Below are positions 1 through 15,071 of a stretch of 64,000 bases of DNA, piece after piece (positions within the stretch are counted from its first letter, which is position 1; the number at the start of each line of letters is the position of its first letter). Position numbers and translations under genes: made by a program. Below the pieces are notes generated by a model. That model saw only the letters and a list, made by a program, of their open reading frames with translations, had not been told where the DNA came from and ran no database searches. The stretch comes from Eledone cirrhosa. Taxonomy: Eukaryota. Location: the NCBI GenBank assembly GCA_964016885.1, contig OZ024746.1, positions 15,438,001-15,502,000 of the forward strand. Direction: 5' to 3'.

Positions 1-711
1 CTAGTGTGGCACCCTAACGAGTGGCTGCACCAGTTACGGGAATTTGATTCATTGATGCAAGTAGATTGGACAATTAGGGATGTTGTTGTATAGCCCTAAT
101 TCAGTTCTGACCCCTATCTATAATCAAAGGTATTCCAGTTGTGACCACCCCGTCATTTTAGAAGTAATAATTATCAACTCTGGGCTGCATTTTCCTATTT
201 AGTCGATGTATTGTCCAGTTATTTGTAGCAAGAGGAACAGATGGATCGCTTTTTAAATTTGTGTCATCATTAGTTCTGTTTTCGTTGGTTTTGTTGATAC
301 TGTTGTCCAAAAGTAGCAAAATCATAATAAATTATCCACACCAGTCGGTCAAGTCCCGGTATGTAGACGTCTTCCAATCCTTGGCGTTTACCGGAAACAA
401 TTCTCTGATTTCTGGCGAAACCGACAATGCCGGAACGTAGGAAAGTATACCATCATTGTGAAATACCGACGGAAAACAACATAGACCAAATATAGTTACA
501 ATAAATGACAAAACAATCGCAGCCTGAGATAAGTACAACTACACGGACAGAGGAGGAGGTGGAAGAAAGTTGTGTATATTTGTAGTCGTTCGATAGTCGA
601 GAGGGTGTAATATGTAACACTGCTGCCTTCTATGGGGGGAAATATTGTGAAGGAAGAGAGATGAGGAGGGAAAAAGTCCGTATATATATATATATATATA
701 TATATTGAGAC

Positions 712-762
<51 letters not shown>

Positions 763-1934
763 TATAACATTTATATACATAAATGTTATATATATTACAT
801 GCTCACATATATGAATATTTATATATATATATACAGAGAGAGAGGGGAGAGGAGGAGAGAGAATAAACAAAGATATAAAAACTGGGAAATATTAAGCATA
901 AGTAAAAAGGTTAGAGATAGAGATAGGAAAATAAAAAAAATAAATAAGAAAATAAAAAAAGAAACCCTTTGGTAATTGAGAAAATATGATGGCGATGGTG
1001 GTGTGGTGGTGGTGGTGTGGTGGTGGTGGCTGTGGTGGTGGTGGTGGTGAGATGCACCGGAACAGAAGGAAGACAACAAGTAGTACAGACTTCCTGAAGA
1101 TCTGAAACGTTGATAAACATGGGTAAATATTTGTATAAAAGCAACCGACACAAGTATGATAACATAGCTGGTCGCTTAGATGCTATGCAAAGCCTGGATG
1201 GTAGGTCATAATAATGTCTGGAGCAGTTGTTGTAATCATTACTATTCGACAAACTACTGCTAGCAAATAACGAGTAATTAATAGGATGATTACACTGAGA
1301 TAAGCTGTTTCTTATTCCCTTTCTATGACATCCATTTAGCGTCTCACCACGGCTGCCATTTTCTTGCCAATTTCGATTGCGAATACTGCTTATCAAACTA
1401 TGTAATTATATAATATACACAGACGTACCTGCATGCCTGCGTGGATGTCATGCCTGTGAATGTGTATGTGTATATTATACATGTATGTATATATTATACA
1501 TATATGTGTTTATTATACATGTATGTATATATTATACATGTATGTGTATATCATACATGTGTGTGTATACTATATATATCTGTATAATATATACATGTAT
1601 GTATATATATATACATGTATGTATATATTATACATGTATGTGTATGTGTATATTATATATGTATGTATGTTATACATGTATGTGTATATCATACATGTCT
1701 ATGTATATTATATATGTATGTATATCCTACATGTATGTATATGTGTATTTATCTATCTGTAATTGTCTTCAACACTGTATCGTATGAGAAGTCTGGATGT
1801 TGGGAGTCGCCAACGTTGCATTCCTGGAAATAACACCTCCTATTCCTAGATTCACGCATTAGTTATAGTATGTTGAGAAGGACAACATAGCAAATATGAC
1901 TGTAATATGATGGCATCTAGGAGGGGGGTTACTG

Positions 1935-2127
1935 ATAATTTTTCTACTTTTGGCACAAGGCCAGCATTTATCCCAGTGTATTACTGGTGCTTTATTTTAT
2001 CCACCACCGTAAGGATGAAAGGCAAAGTTAACCTCGGTGGGATTTGAACTTAGACCATAAAGGGCCATAACTCTTTGCTACAAAGCATGGCGTCAGACCC
2101 TCTACCGATACTGCCAATCCACCGCCC
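1935..2127 (-). mobile_element. SINE family A copy (tRNA-like head) with target-site duplication
   Basis: Reverse complement of the 14886 and 57279 copies; flanked by GGTTACTGATAAT at 1927-1939 and 2137-2149. Confidence 0.85.
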
Positions 2128-2335
2128 TTTATGGGAGGTTACTGATAATGTAATGTCTTCACAGGAATAATATCCACTCGATATTTACAGTTGTATGTCT
2201 CCCTCCTCTCTATCTCTCTTGTATTCTTTCTCTTTTCTCATTCTCTTTCTGTCTTCTCTCTTTGTCTCCTCCCCTTATCTTTTCTCTGCTTCTATTTCTT
2301 CCTCCTCTCTTTATCTTTTCCCTTCTGTCGTCATT

Positions 2336-2372
<37 letters not shown>

Positions 2373-2574
2373 AGGATGGCTGGAACAGGTAAAAGAGTAA
2401 AGAGTAAAAGGGTATATATATATATATATATATACATCAATAAAAAATATTTTTTGCTGAGGACTATCAGATCGTTGAGCGCTTTTTTTTTTATCTACTT
2501 CACAAGCGACAGATCATTATGTGGTCCATACCTCCCTGTTCGGTTAACCCCTTACTACAATAACTTCTCTTGTA

Positions 2575-2815
2575 TGTGAAGTGGTGACTCTGGCTGTTTG
2601 ATTCTCACGATGTTAAACAAGTGTGTTCGATTCCAGACGACAAGCTGTGTCCTTGAGCAAAATACTTTATTTCACGTTACTCCTGTCCACTCAGCCGTGT
2701 CACACTGAATTTCGTTAAGGTACACGTGTCTTTGCTATGCTCAGCTACTTACACGTTAATTTCATGAACAGACTGTTTCATTTATCAAACAACTAGAACA
2801 CTAATCGTCGGAACC
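2575..2815 (+). mobile_element. SINE family B, degenerate copy
   Basis: gttcgattcc B-box followed by tgtgtccttgagcaaaatactttatttcacgtt, shared with the 36504 copy; tail shared with the 56220 and 58640 copies. Confidence 0.65.
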
Positions 2816-2924
2816 GACGGATGTACAACACCCACGTATTTGTGTGTGTGTGTGTGTGTGTGTGTGTCCGTCTGTGTCTGTGTGTGTGTCCGTTTGTGTC
2901 CGTCTGTGTGTGTGTGTGTGTGCG

Positions 2925-2955
<31 letters not shown>

Positions 2956-3309
2956 ATTTCTGTATGGTCGTATATCACAGGAGACAAGATTGTAAAAAAT
3001 CTAATTACACAAAGAATCCAACTTGCCAAAGAAACCGTCTGGAAGAGTAACATTTCACTACATAAGAACCGTAGTCAAATCTGTGTTTGTCATAAAAAGA
3101 AAGACTCTTTCTGCAGAATAACTATCTAAATACAGAGACTGTCGTTGTATTGTATGCCGTCTTAGCTATCATGGTTCCGGTGTTATATAAAACAGTGACA
3201 GGATGTCTCAGTGTAGATTTACATAGATTTACACATACGTAACGTAACATAAGGAATGTCTCTTTACATAATTTTTGTTTTTCTACACGTATTTCATTAT
3301 CTGTTCAAA

Positions 3310-3415
<106 letters not shown>

Positions 3416-4280
3416 CAGACAGATAGATAGGTATTCAATTGTATTTCTAGACATATTTCATTATATGTCAAAAGTATGTATATGCATATTTTTATATTAT
3501 GAAATGGTTATATCAATTCAATATGATGTCCTCCAGATAACGTATTCCCAAAGAGAAGGTACAGAAAAAAAGAAAAAAACAATTGTATTATAGAATTTCG
3601 AAACAAACTGTAATAGTGGCCAAAATGAATATATAAATAGAAGCTTGGAAACAGACGCTATCTAAATTGTTAATAATGTGCAATTAAAGACGGTATTTAC
3701 CTCCTGTATAAAGGAAAGAAGATCGTTGATATTATTATGTTGACAAGTTTAAATAATTAAAGGTACCTACACATATAAAATATACTTACTAGCTTATGGT
3801 TCTGTATTCGACGATCACCATCTTCTCCATTTGTGGATGGTTGCAAACAGGGTACGGAAATGTTTGATTGGTGAGTGTAGATATATTAATAGCTTAGATC
3901 CATTGTCTCTCTTTTCTTTTCTCCTGGTGATGCCGAGCTCGTTTTTCTTCTATATCTTCAATGTTCCTTTTGCAGTGAGACTATCAAAGCAAACGAGAGG
4001 CAGCGAGGTTTGCCACTTTTGAAAGGTGATGTTGAGTGGTGTTTATTTTAAATGTGGTCTTAAGTTACTCTTTGACTGTTGTTTATTTTCAATGTGGTTT
4101 TAAGTGAGTCTTTGAAACGCTCCTTCTCTTCTATAATCAAGCATTGATCGCAATGTAGTTGGCCAAAGATAATTTTAGGACTGAGGAGCTTCGAGGATTC
4201 TAAAACCGAGATGGTTATTAGAAAGATTTTTTTTTTTTTTAGTTTCCTCAAAGATGTGGTTTTAAATTTACCCGTTCATT

Positions 4281-4680
4281 TTTCAGACATTGGAGATGTT
4301 GCTACCGGAATATATGACTCAGAATATTGTAGTCTGTTGTAACAGTCATACTGAGATTGTTGCTATGTCAGGTGGTTTAATCCCTCCTTAGAATATTGTA
4401 GTCTGTTGTAACAGTCATACTGAGAATGGTGTTATGTCAGGTAGTTTAATCCCTCCTCAGAATATTGTAGTTAGTTGTAACAGTCATACTGAGAATGTTG
4501 CTATGTCAGGTGGTTTAATCTACCCCCCCCCTCTCATAATATTGTAGTTAGTTGTAACAGTTGTACTAAGATTGTTGCTATGTCAGGTGGTTTAATCCCC
4601 CCACCCCCTCATAATATTGTAGTTAGTTGTAACAGTTGTACTAAGATTGTTGCTATGTCAGGTGGTTTAATATCCCCTTA
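4281..4680. repeat. Minisatellite, ~69-72 bp unit, ~5.5 copies
   Basis: Repeated aatattgtagt..gttgtaacagtcatactgaga..gttgctatgtcaggtggtttaatcc. Confidence 0.9.
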
Positions 4681-5005
4681 CAATATCCTGCCAACGCACC
4701 ATTGTTTCTGATTGGTATTTTTGTAGCGATATACTCTCTGCTGATTTTAGGTCTGTCATGATATGATAAATATTTATTGAATCTGAATCATAAAATGATG
4801 TTTATCATGCCTGCCTGTAAGCATGCGAATGCCTTGAGCTTGTTTTAATCAATCATTTTGCAGGATTTGAAGAGTGGGTTGAGCCTTAATATTGTTTGAA
4901 GAGAGATTACTCAGGATGTATCTGTTGCCTTTGTGTATGTCCAGAGTATACTGACTATGCTAGAGCTCTTGGAACCCGTCTTCATCATTTGTTTGTCTTG
5001 AAGTA

Positions 5006-5103
5006 TCAGTAGTATGTTGGCTTCTCAGGTGATATGATAGTTTGACAGATACAGAGAGGCAAAGTCCTTTTAATGTTGGGACTATAGAGTTTTGTAGCAG
5101 CTA
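5006..5103 (-). CDS. Possible terminal coding exon of the CCP-EGF gene
   Basis: ttttcAG acceptor; phase-1 frame gives (V)AATKLYSPNIKRTLPLCICQTIISPEKPTYY*. An AATAAA lies on the minus strand near 4773-4778. Confidence 0.4.
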
Positions 5104-5572
5104 CTGAAAATAGTCACACACACACACATATATCCATACACTTATGCACACATATACACACAAGCTATCTCATTCTCTCTCATGCAGCCCCCCTCCCCCA
5201 CCCCTCTGTGTGAAGGGGGGGGGGGGAATTCGATAATAATGAGGCAGATGTTAGTTTTCATATGATTTCTGAAATATTGTAAACTGACGGTATAAAAATA
5301 TAATTCCTTAATATTTATAGCAAAAAACATTTGTAAGATATTGGAGGAAGGGTACAATATAATTTCTCGATTTATGTCAACAAGAAAGATTAAAGAAAAC
5401 CGAGGGATATAAATCGAAGTTCGATTAATGATTGCAGAAACGCGTCTAGACAACAACAAAAAAATAATAATATTCCTGTCACAATTTCGTTTCGTTTTCA
5501 CCTTCAACTTTGTTATATAAAGGCCATGGAAACAAGTGAGATTATTAAAGTATAAATACGAATGAGACTTAC

Positions 5573-5665
5573 CTTGACGTGAGTAAATGAAATCTCGTGT
5601 CTTCTTAGTGAGGTCATCATAACGTTGTTGGTTGGGTTTGGTAATGTGATGATGAAGTTTCCAAA
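5573..5665 (-). CDS. Probable downstream exon of the CCP-EGF gene
   Basis: cttcAG...GTaag, 93 nt, open in phase 1-1: (V)WKLHHHITKPNQQRYDDLTKKTRDFIYSRQ. No domain recognised, and an alternative acceptor/frame is possible. Confidence 0.5.
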
Positions 5666-6017
5666 CTGAAGGGTTTCTATAGAAATCTTACCTGATTCCC
5701 TAAAACTAAACTGATGCTACTAACAAACTCATGCAAACATCCATTAAAACATGCAAACATGCAATTTCAATTTTTTTTAACTATTCATTTTTTCAATTAT
5801 GTTGACAAATATAAAAACATAGAAAATATTTTTTAACAACATGCGATTATTTTTTTTTCTTAATATTAATTATTTTCTTTTTGTTATTTAACAATTTTTT
5901 TCTTCTAATTATCATAATAATAATTTATTTGCAATTTTTTTCTTTTTTCGTTCTTATTCCTTTTTTAACTTTTTTAATGTGTAATTGTGAAGTTAGTCAA
6001 GCCAGAGAGTGGCCTAC

Positions 6018-6134
6018 CTTTGCAGATTCCTTTATCCATTAAATACCCGGGTCTGCACCCACAGAAGAAAGAACCAGGTGTATTGTAGCAGACTTGGTGA
6101 CAGTTACCATTTTCGAAAATACATTCGTTAAAAT
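6018..6134 (-). CDS. Calcium-binding EGF domain exon of the same gene
   Basis: ttgcAG...GTagg, 117 nt, phase 1-1. Translates (D)FNECIFENGNCHQVCYNTPGSFFCGCRPGYLMDKGICK, matching the cbEGF consensus DxNEC...CxNxxGSFxCxC. Confidence 0.93.
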
Positions 6135-6398
6135 CTGCAACAAAAGGAAAGAAAGATTTATTTTCGTTATTAATAATCTCTCAAGCTGTGAATTAGCAGT
6201 CATTAGAACGTCTGATAGAATGCTTTGCAGTATTCATTCCAGTTCTGAGTTCCAATCCCGCCAAAGTCCACTTTGCTTTTCATCCTTTCGAGGTCGATTA
6301 ACAAAGTACCAGTCTAGTACTATATCTCTTACTCACTTCATTTCTTTCACTCTCCATCCTTCTCAGTCATATCAGTAAAATATGAAAGGCAGTTTTAC

Positions 6399-6521
6399 CT
6401 AGACAGTGTCTCCTGTCTTCACCCAGTGTAAACCCAGTTCTACACTCACAACTGTAACCGTACTGTCTGATTACACAGATATGGTGACATCCACCATTGT
6501 TTTGTTCACAGGCTGTCATAT
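6399..6521 (-). CDS. EGF-like domain exon of the same gene
   Basis: tttcAG...GTaaa, 123 nt, phase 1-1. Translates (N)MTACEQNNGGCHHICVIRQYGYSCECRTGFTLGEDRRHCL, a 6-Cys EGF motif. Not in the ORF track. Confidence 0.92.
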
Positions 6522-6647
6522 CTGAAATGAAAATAGTATCATATAGATAGAGTCATGTCAGTCTACACATGAAAATGCATTTTATAGATAGATAGATAGA
6601 CAGACAGGACGATAGGCTAGAAAATAAATAGATAGGAGACTACTTAC

Positions 6648-6965
6648 TCTTGATGCATTCTGGGAAAATAGGAGCATTCCATGTTTTATTGTGGCAGTAT
6701 AAATGGCGCATCTCTGGGTATCTTAGTTTGTAACCTGTCACACATTGATAAGTGGCAAAGAAGACATAAGACTTATTCATTACATTATAATAAAATGACG
6801 TCCGAACTTGTGCATTCTCAATTTTTGGTGGATTAACTCTCTCTACACTACAGCTATCATCCGACTCCAATAGACTCGTCATATTATTCTTGCGATGCTG
6901 TAGTCTTTGACGTTTGGCATTAGTCAATTTTTCCATGTAGCTTGACGGATATTTGCCTCTGTTTT
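6648..6965 (-). CDS. Internal exon encoding a linker plus Sushi/CCP domain of an extracellular CCP-EGF protein
   Basis: Acceptor ttattAG and donor GTaagt; 318 nt, phase 1-1. Peptide ...SCSVERVNPPKIENAQV...ATYQCVTGYKL...LYCHNKTWNAPIFPECIK has the CCP pattern C..P..I.N....Y.C..GY....C....W....P.C. Confidence 0.9.
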
Positions 6966-7117
6966 CTAATAAAATATACAAAAAAAAAAGAGATATCTGG
7001 TTAGTTATGCAATATTCTCGACAGTTATTGGTTTAACAAAGGTGGAATGTGGTATACAGTTGTTATAAACGTTATCCCGCAGCTATGATATCTTGCTCAG
7101 ACTTAGTTTACTTAACT

Positions 7118-7154
7118 TCTTTTGATGAAGGGATTTTATCCCGAAATATTAAGG
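7118..7154 (+). ncRNA. Minimal type I hammerhead-like motif (U3 variant, extra A after A9)
   Basis: tctt-TTGATGA-A-ggga-tttta-tccc-GAAA-ta-TT-aagg: stems I and II pair, and stem III is palindromic (AATATT). Confidence 0.6.
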
Positions 7155-8790
7155 ACTAATTCACACTTCCAAGGTAACATTCCAACACATTTGTTATTAT
7201 TTTTAATATTTAATATCCTATTTCCAGTGCTATAGTTCTCGAAACATATGTGATAATAGTTTTATTATACAAAAACTAGGTAAAATGACACTGGAGCTTA
7301 ATAACTTCTGTCATCCACATTCCAGTGGCTGGGGCAAGTCTGTGTTTGGTTTACAGAATATAGTGTTGTGGTTCAGGGATTGTTTTAGCGGGATTTATGA
7401 GTGCAGGTTAACGATAAGTTATAGTATTTTCTTCTTGATGGATTATGTCAATCAACGGTCTTATTTACATACGTTTGTTTAAATGTAATACATTAATTTC
7501 TGTATAACGATGTTGGAATTTACCCTTTTAGCTTTTGACTTTAGCATATAGTTAATTCCTCAAACGTTTTGTCAGTATATAGGTGTAGGTATAAGTAAGT
7601 GGTTAAGGAGTTCGCTTTACAACTGGTTGGTTCTAGGTTCGGTCCTACTGAGTGGCAAGAGACTTCTACTATAACCTCGAGTTGACAAATGACTTATCAG
7701 TGGAATTTGGATAACGAAAACTACAGATGTCTGTCGTATATAAATAAATGTGTGTATGTGTGTGTGTGTGTGTGTGTGTCTACTTTTGTGTACGTGTGTC
7801 TACTTTTGTGTACGTGTGTCTACGTTTGTGCGCTTGTGTTTATGTCCCGTAACTTAGCGGATCTATACAAAGGGGTCGATAAAATAAGTAACAAGTACGA
7901 AAGAAATATGTACAGAGATTGATATGATCGACTAAATTAATGTGGTGCCCCAGCATGATCGCAGTCTAACAACAGAAACCAGAAAATAAATAGAAGAAAG
8001 AATATCAATCAAAGTATTTTCTGTTTCTCTTAATTCTGACTAGAAACTATTTCAGCTCTGATTAGTTATTGGTTCTCTACAATAACTGAAGCCTGCATTA
8101 AGATACTGCTCAGATATCACAGACCAGACACCTACTGCTACACACACAAACATTCTCGTCTGAAAATCTACAAAATGTCATTCTGATGATTGGCTAACAC
8201 ACACCACCCGTGAACTTAGGAATCATTATGTGCCAGGTTAAATCCCACTGTGTGATATCTTGGGAAAATGTTTACTATTGCCTCAGGTCGACCCACCATG
8301 AGGGATTGTCAGTGAAATTGGGTAGATGGAAACTGTTTGGAAGTGCGTTGGGTGGACTGTAAACGGTGTCACGTTGAATCTCTCCAAGAATTACGTTAAA
8401 AGTAGATGTGTATGTGGAAGGTCTGGAGACTCAATGAAGGTCACTGATATAGGGGATACAGTCTTGAAACATCTGCATGTATAACCCCAAATAGGTACTT
8501 TTGGAAACCCGCTTGGAGACCTGCTTGGAGACCCAATGAACTTCACTGATATAGGGGGACAGAGTTAAGTAGAAATATTGCAGCAGACGTATGTCTGAAA
8601 ATTCCATATGTCCCATGATAGAGGAGATGACAGTAGACCAGATGTAAAGACCATGTGGTAATAGGAGGAACACGTTGAAGATTAATGTTGATTCTGGAGA
8701 TTATGTAACATATTCTGGAAATAGACTTGATAAGCTGGTTTTTCTGATTCGTGGCATTTGGCGGTTTACATTGACGTGTGTGTGTATATA

Positions 8791-8835
<45 letters not shown>

Positions 8836-8838
8836 GTG

Positions 8839-8887
<49 letters not shown>

Positions 8888-10097
8888 ACACATGTATATA
8901 TACATATATATATAGAGAGAGAGGGGGAGGGGAAGGGAGAGAGGGGGAAGAGGAGATATGGTAGTGAAAATGTGAAACAAAAACAGAGAGAATGTGAATG
9001 AATGAAGGTGTGTATGTGTGAATATGTGTGAGGGTGTGTGTGTATGCATGGGAATGTGTGCGCGTGTGTGTGTGCGTGTGTGTGTGTGTGCGTGTGTGTG
9101 TGTGTGGGGGGGGGGGAAGTAGAGATTACAGAGGCTAGTCAGATGGAAGATAAAGAAAAAGACTAACAAAAAGAAACCTGCCACACACATATTTAAAACA
9201 CACACACACATATATACATACATATATATATATACACACACATATATACATACATATATATATATACACACACATATATACATACATATATATATATACA
9301 CACACACACACATATATACATACATATATATATATATATACACACATATACATACATATATATATCTATACACACACACATATATACATACATATATATA
9401 TCTATACACACACACATATATACATACATATATATATATATACACACACACGCATATATACATACATATATATATCTATACACACACACACGCATATATA
9501 CATACATATATATATCTATACACACACACATATATACATACATATATATATCTATACACACACACACACATATATACATACATACATATATATATATCTA
9601 TACACACACACATATATACATACATATATATATATATACACACACACACATATATACATACATATATCTATCTATACACACACATATATATACATATATA
9701 TATATACACACACACACAAATATATACATACATATATATATATATATACACACACACACATATATATATACATACATATATACACACACACACATATATA
9801 CATACATACATATATATATATATATACACACACACATATATACATACATACATATATATATATATACACACACACATATATACATACATACATATATATA
9901 TATACACACACACACATATATACATACATACATATATATACACACACACACATACATACATATATATATATATACACACACACACATATATATATACATA
10001 CATATATATACACACACACACACATATATACATACATACATATATATATATATATACACATATATATACATATATATATACACACACACACACATAT

Positions 10098-10128
<31 letters not shown>

Positions 10129-10498
10129 CACACACATATATATATATAACGTAGAAAGTAAGGATATGAGAGATAACGTCTGATATATTGAACAATACAT
10201 TATTGAAATAATGGCTACTTTATAAACATAAACCTGTGTCTATCTCTCTGTGTGAGGAGGGTGTACGGGTGTGTGAGGAGGGTGTACGGGTGTGTGTGAG
10301 GAGGGTGTACGGGTGTGTGTGAGGAGGGTGTACGGGTGTGTGAGGAGGGTGTACGGGCGCAAGTCCCTTGTGAAGTTTATAGATATAAAGTGTGTGTACA
10401 GCCATAGATATATACATATATAGAGAAAAAAGAAGGTCAAATATATATGGGTATATGCAAATTTGTATATGTGTCTGAGTGTTTATAGGGCATAGTTG

Positions 10499-10578
<80 letters not shown>

Positions 10579-10582
10579 AGAG

Positions 10583-10681
<99 letters not shown>

Positions 10682-11220
10682 AATAGAAATAGAAATACAA
10701 ATATACAAATATATATATATATAAAGAGAGAGAGAGCGGAGAGGAAGAGAAAGACAGGAGGGAGGGGGGGAGAGAAAGACAGTAATATAGACAGATAGGT
10801 AGACAAACAAACAGAGAAAGACAGATAGATAAAGATAGATATAGAGATAGACAGACAGGCAGATATATAATGACAGAGAGGGGGAGCGAGGGAGGGCTAA
10901 GCAGACCGAAGGAGAAAGAGTGTGTGGGAGGTGAATGAACAAATTTATTAACGAATGTTTAAGATTCGTTGATTATTTGGAAGTAACAGTGTAGTAATTC
11001 ACCGAATCCAGTTTGAGAAATGGTTCAGTGAGAATAAGTGAAGGTAACGAAGTCTGTTGATCAGGAATACAACTATGTCATTCGGCTTATCATATCGGCT
11101 GCCACCTGTTTTACAAACTCACAACTGCAACACCTTTGCTCCAAACATACTAATTACCTCCGCTCATATTTAATCTCTCTTATAAAATAAACACTCTCTC
11201 ATATACACTTACACATACAC

Positions 11221-12310
11221 ATACACTAATATATACGCTCTCTTATATACACATACACTAATATACACCGTTATACATACACACATACACTAATATATAC
11301 GCTCTCTTATATACACATACACTAATATACACCGTTATACATACACACATACACTAATATATACGCTCTCTTATATACACATACACTAATATACACCGTT
11401 ATACATACACACATACATTAATATATACGCTCTCTTATATACACATACACTAATATACACCGTTATACATACACACACACACTAATATATACGCTCTCTT
11501 ATATACACATACACTAATATACACCGTTATACATACACACATACACTAATATATACGCTCTCTTATATACACATACACTAATATACACCGTTATACATAC
11601 ACACATACACTAATATATACGCTCTCTTATATACACATACACTAATATACACCGTTATACATACACATATACACTAATATATACGCTCTCTTATATACAC
11701 ATACACTAATATACACCGTCATACATACACACATACACTAATATATACGCTCTCTTATATACACATACACTAATATACACCGTTATACATACACACATAC
11801 ACTAATATATACGCTCTCTTATATACACATACACTAATATACACCGTTATACATACACACATACACTAATATATACGCTCTCTTATATACACATACACTA
11901 ATATACACCGTTATACATACACACATACACTAATATATACGCTCTCTTATATACACATACACTAATATACACCGTTATACATACACACATACACTAATAT
12001 ATACGCTCTCTTATATACACATACACTAATATACACCGTTATACATACACTTATACACTAATATATACGCTCTTTTATATACACATACACTAATATACAC
12101 CGTCATACATACACACATACACTAATATATACGCTCTCTTATATACACATACACTAATATACACCGTTATACATACACACATACACTAATATATACGCTC
12201 TCTTATATACACATACACTAATATACACCGTTATACATACACACATACACTAATATATACGCTCTCTTATATACACATACACTAATATACACCGTTATAC
12301 ATACACATAT
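11221..12310. repeat. Highly homogeneous 64-bp minisatellite, ~17 copies
   Basis: The unit atacactaatatatacgctctcttatatacacatacactaatatacaccgttatacatacacac recurs exactly 15 periods later, at 12181. Confidence 0.95.
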
Positions 12311-14377
12311 ACACTAATATACACGCTCTTTCATATGCTCACGCTAATATACACGCTCTTTCATATACACACACTAATATACACGCTGTTTCATATATAC
12401 ACAAACACTAACACGCTCTTTCATATACACACACACTAATATACACGCTCTCTCATATATATATACACTCTAATATACACGCACTCTCATATATATATAC
12501 ACTCTAATATACACGCACTCTCATATATATATACACTCTAATATACACGCACTCTCATATATATATATACACTCTAATATACACGCACTCTCATATATAT
12601 ATACACTCTAATATACACGCACTCTCATATATATACAGTCTAATATACATGCTCTGCCATACACATATACACTAATAATCAGTGTGTCATACACATACAC
12701 TAATATACCCTCTCTTTCATATACACACTAATATAACAGGGACGGTGGAAGCACTTCTGAATGAGGGTGGGGTGGGGTGGGGGTAGTTGTAGTGATTAGT
12801 TTAGCTCTTTGTACCCTAAAATGGTTAGAAAAGTTCGATATGAGATTATGGGATAAACATAACATGTAGATAAATTGTAGTGAATATCCATATAGATGTG
12901 TTTTGGTAGTTTGGGGAGGAAATATAATTATTGGAAGGGAGGGGGGGGGATCACTCTTTGTATCAATCACCCCCAAAACTCTCCCCCTCTCTATATCAAC
13001 TACACGGCACTCTCCCATTCCCCCTCTCTATATCAATGACCACCAAATTCTCCCCCTCTCTACACCAACCATACAACATACTCTGCCAACCCCTCTCTAT
13101 ATATCAATTAACACCAAACTCTCCTTCTCCATATATCTACTACGTGGAAGGAACTCTCTTCCAATACCCCTCTCTATATCAATAAACATCAACACTCTCC
13201 CCCTCTCTATATTCAATATACAACACACTCTCCCAACCTTCCTCTCTATATCAATGACCACCAAACTCTCCCCCTCTCTATATCTATCTCTCCCATCTGT
13301 CTCGACATAACATGTACATAAATTGTGGCGCATATGCAAATAGATGTGTGTTTTGGTAGTTTGGGGAGGAAATATAATTATTGGGGGGGGGGGGGGGACT
13401 ATGACACCCCTCCCCCGCTCCAGTTCCTTTGTCTCTGTATACACATACACTAATATACACGCTCTTTCATATATAAATACACAATATACACGCTCATTCA
13501 TATACACATACACTAATCAAGAGGCATACACAGTCTCCATATCTGACAGTTTGTATACACACACACACAAACACACACACACACACATACGTTCACTCAA
13601 TTTTTCCCACATCCACTGTCTTACATTCTCACCACCCATTTATACATTCATTCATTGATTCACAAATTCATTCATTAATTCACAATGGGCCAGACATTTT
13701 CAATCGTACAATAAGGATTTCATACGAATGAAACAGTCCTAGTTCTGTAGAATTCATTGCTATATAAAATAAATATGACTATTCTCTACAGATAAACACC
13801 CTAGAGCACTCTTTTTACCTTTGTTTTTTCTTCGGAAATACTTAACATATATATATATTATTGTTCTGCAACCCCATGCATTGAACCACAAAGTTACTAA
13901 GACAAAACCTATATATTTGCTAGCATTGATATGCATCTGTATGTATATATATGTTACTAGATATTAATTCTTTATATATATATATATATATATATTTATT
14001 TATTTATTTATTTATTTATGTTTGTTTGTTTGTTTGTGTGTTTGTGTGTTTGTGTGTGTGTGTGCGCGTGCGTGTGCATGTGTGTGTCTGTGTGTGTCTG
14101 TGTGTTTCTGTGTCGGAGACTATAGTTACAGTCGGCACGCTGTTCGAAGCACTCGACGCTGTTACGAAGTTCGTCTTGTGTGGGTTGTATTTCAGAGTTA
14201 AGTTGGTTGTAGTGTGTAAATAGATTAAATAGAATCGAAGTCAGTGTTGCAGTATATGTACAAACTTTATCGGTATATTACAATTATTTCGATATCGATC
14301 AGCTCAATGTACAATCAAAATGACGGGGCCCGAATCTTTTTAGACATTTCGTCAGATATGCGAGTTTATATGTGCAA

Positions 14378-14417
<40 letters not shown>

Positions 14418-14421
<4 letters not shown>

Positions 14422-14500
14422 AATTCAGGACCCCGACGGCTGAGCTACGGCCATTTCAACAGCTAGAACCGGAGCTAGCTGTTGAACTTTTGGAGTCCAG
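14418..14500. mobile_element. Truncated copy of the GACCCCGACGGC fold-back family
   Basis: caggaccccgacggctgagctacggccatttcaacagctag..ctagctgttgaa directly after a (TA)n tract. Confidence 0.75.
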
Positions 14501-14885
14501 GATTGCTTTGCCATATATACCAAGATTACTGAATATATCAACTATCATACAAACTAGGACATTTGCGTCTTGATAAATTTATGGTTTGCATAAGAGGAAC
14601 TGACATGTGAAAATGGTTTTAAAAAAAGAATGACATTTTAATAACTTATTTCTAGGATATAAATATGTAAATGTTCAACATATAGGTGCGAATGATATAT
14701 GGGATTAAATGTGGTAATAACTTTGATAGAAATAACTATTTCAGGAACAAATGTAGGATTAGAATCCAAGACCTTGTGATTACAAAGCAAATTTATTGGA
14801 ACAACATGACAGATATTGGATGTATATATATGTATATATTTGTGTGACAATTAAAAACAGACAGATATTATATATATATATATAA

Positions 14886-15071
14886 TGGCGGTGGATTGGC
14901 AGTATCGGTAGAGGGTCGGACGCCATGCTTTGACGCATAGAGTTACGGCCCTTGCCATTCTGAGTTCAAATCCCGCCGAGGTTAACTTTGCCTTTCATCC
15001 TTACAGGGTCGATAAAATAAAGTACCAGTAATGTACTGGGTAATTTCTGGCCTTGTGCCAATAGTAGAAAC

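Noticed and set aside
1090-1115. CTGAAGA-tct-GAAAcgtt hammerhead-like string
   Set aside because: No stem II and no stem I pairing; compatible with chance.
8543-10942. Long YI/CV/HT-rich ORFs (also at 27-29 kb, 34-35 kb and elsewhere)
   Set aside because: Translations of (TA)n/(CA)n microsatellites, which lack stop codons.
11221-12310. Regular repeats as a possible CRISPR array (also 17555 and 46040)
   Set aside because: No unique spacers, no cas genes and a eukaryotic context; these are minisatellites.
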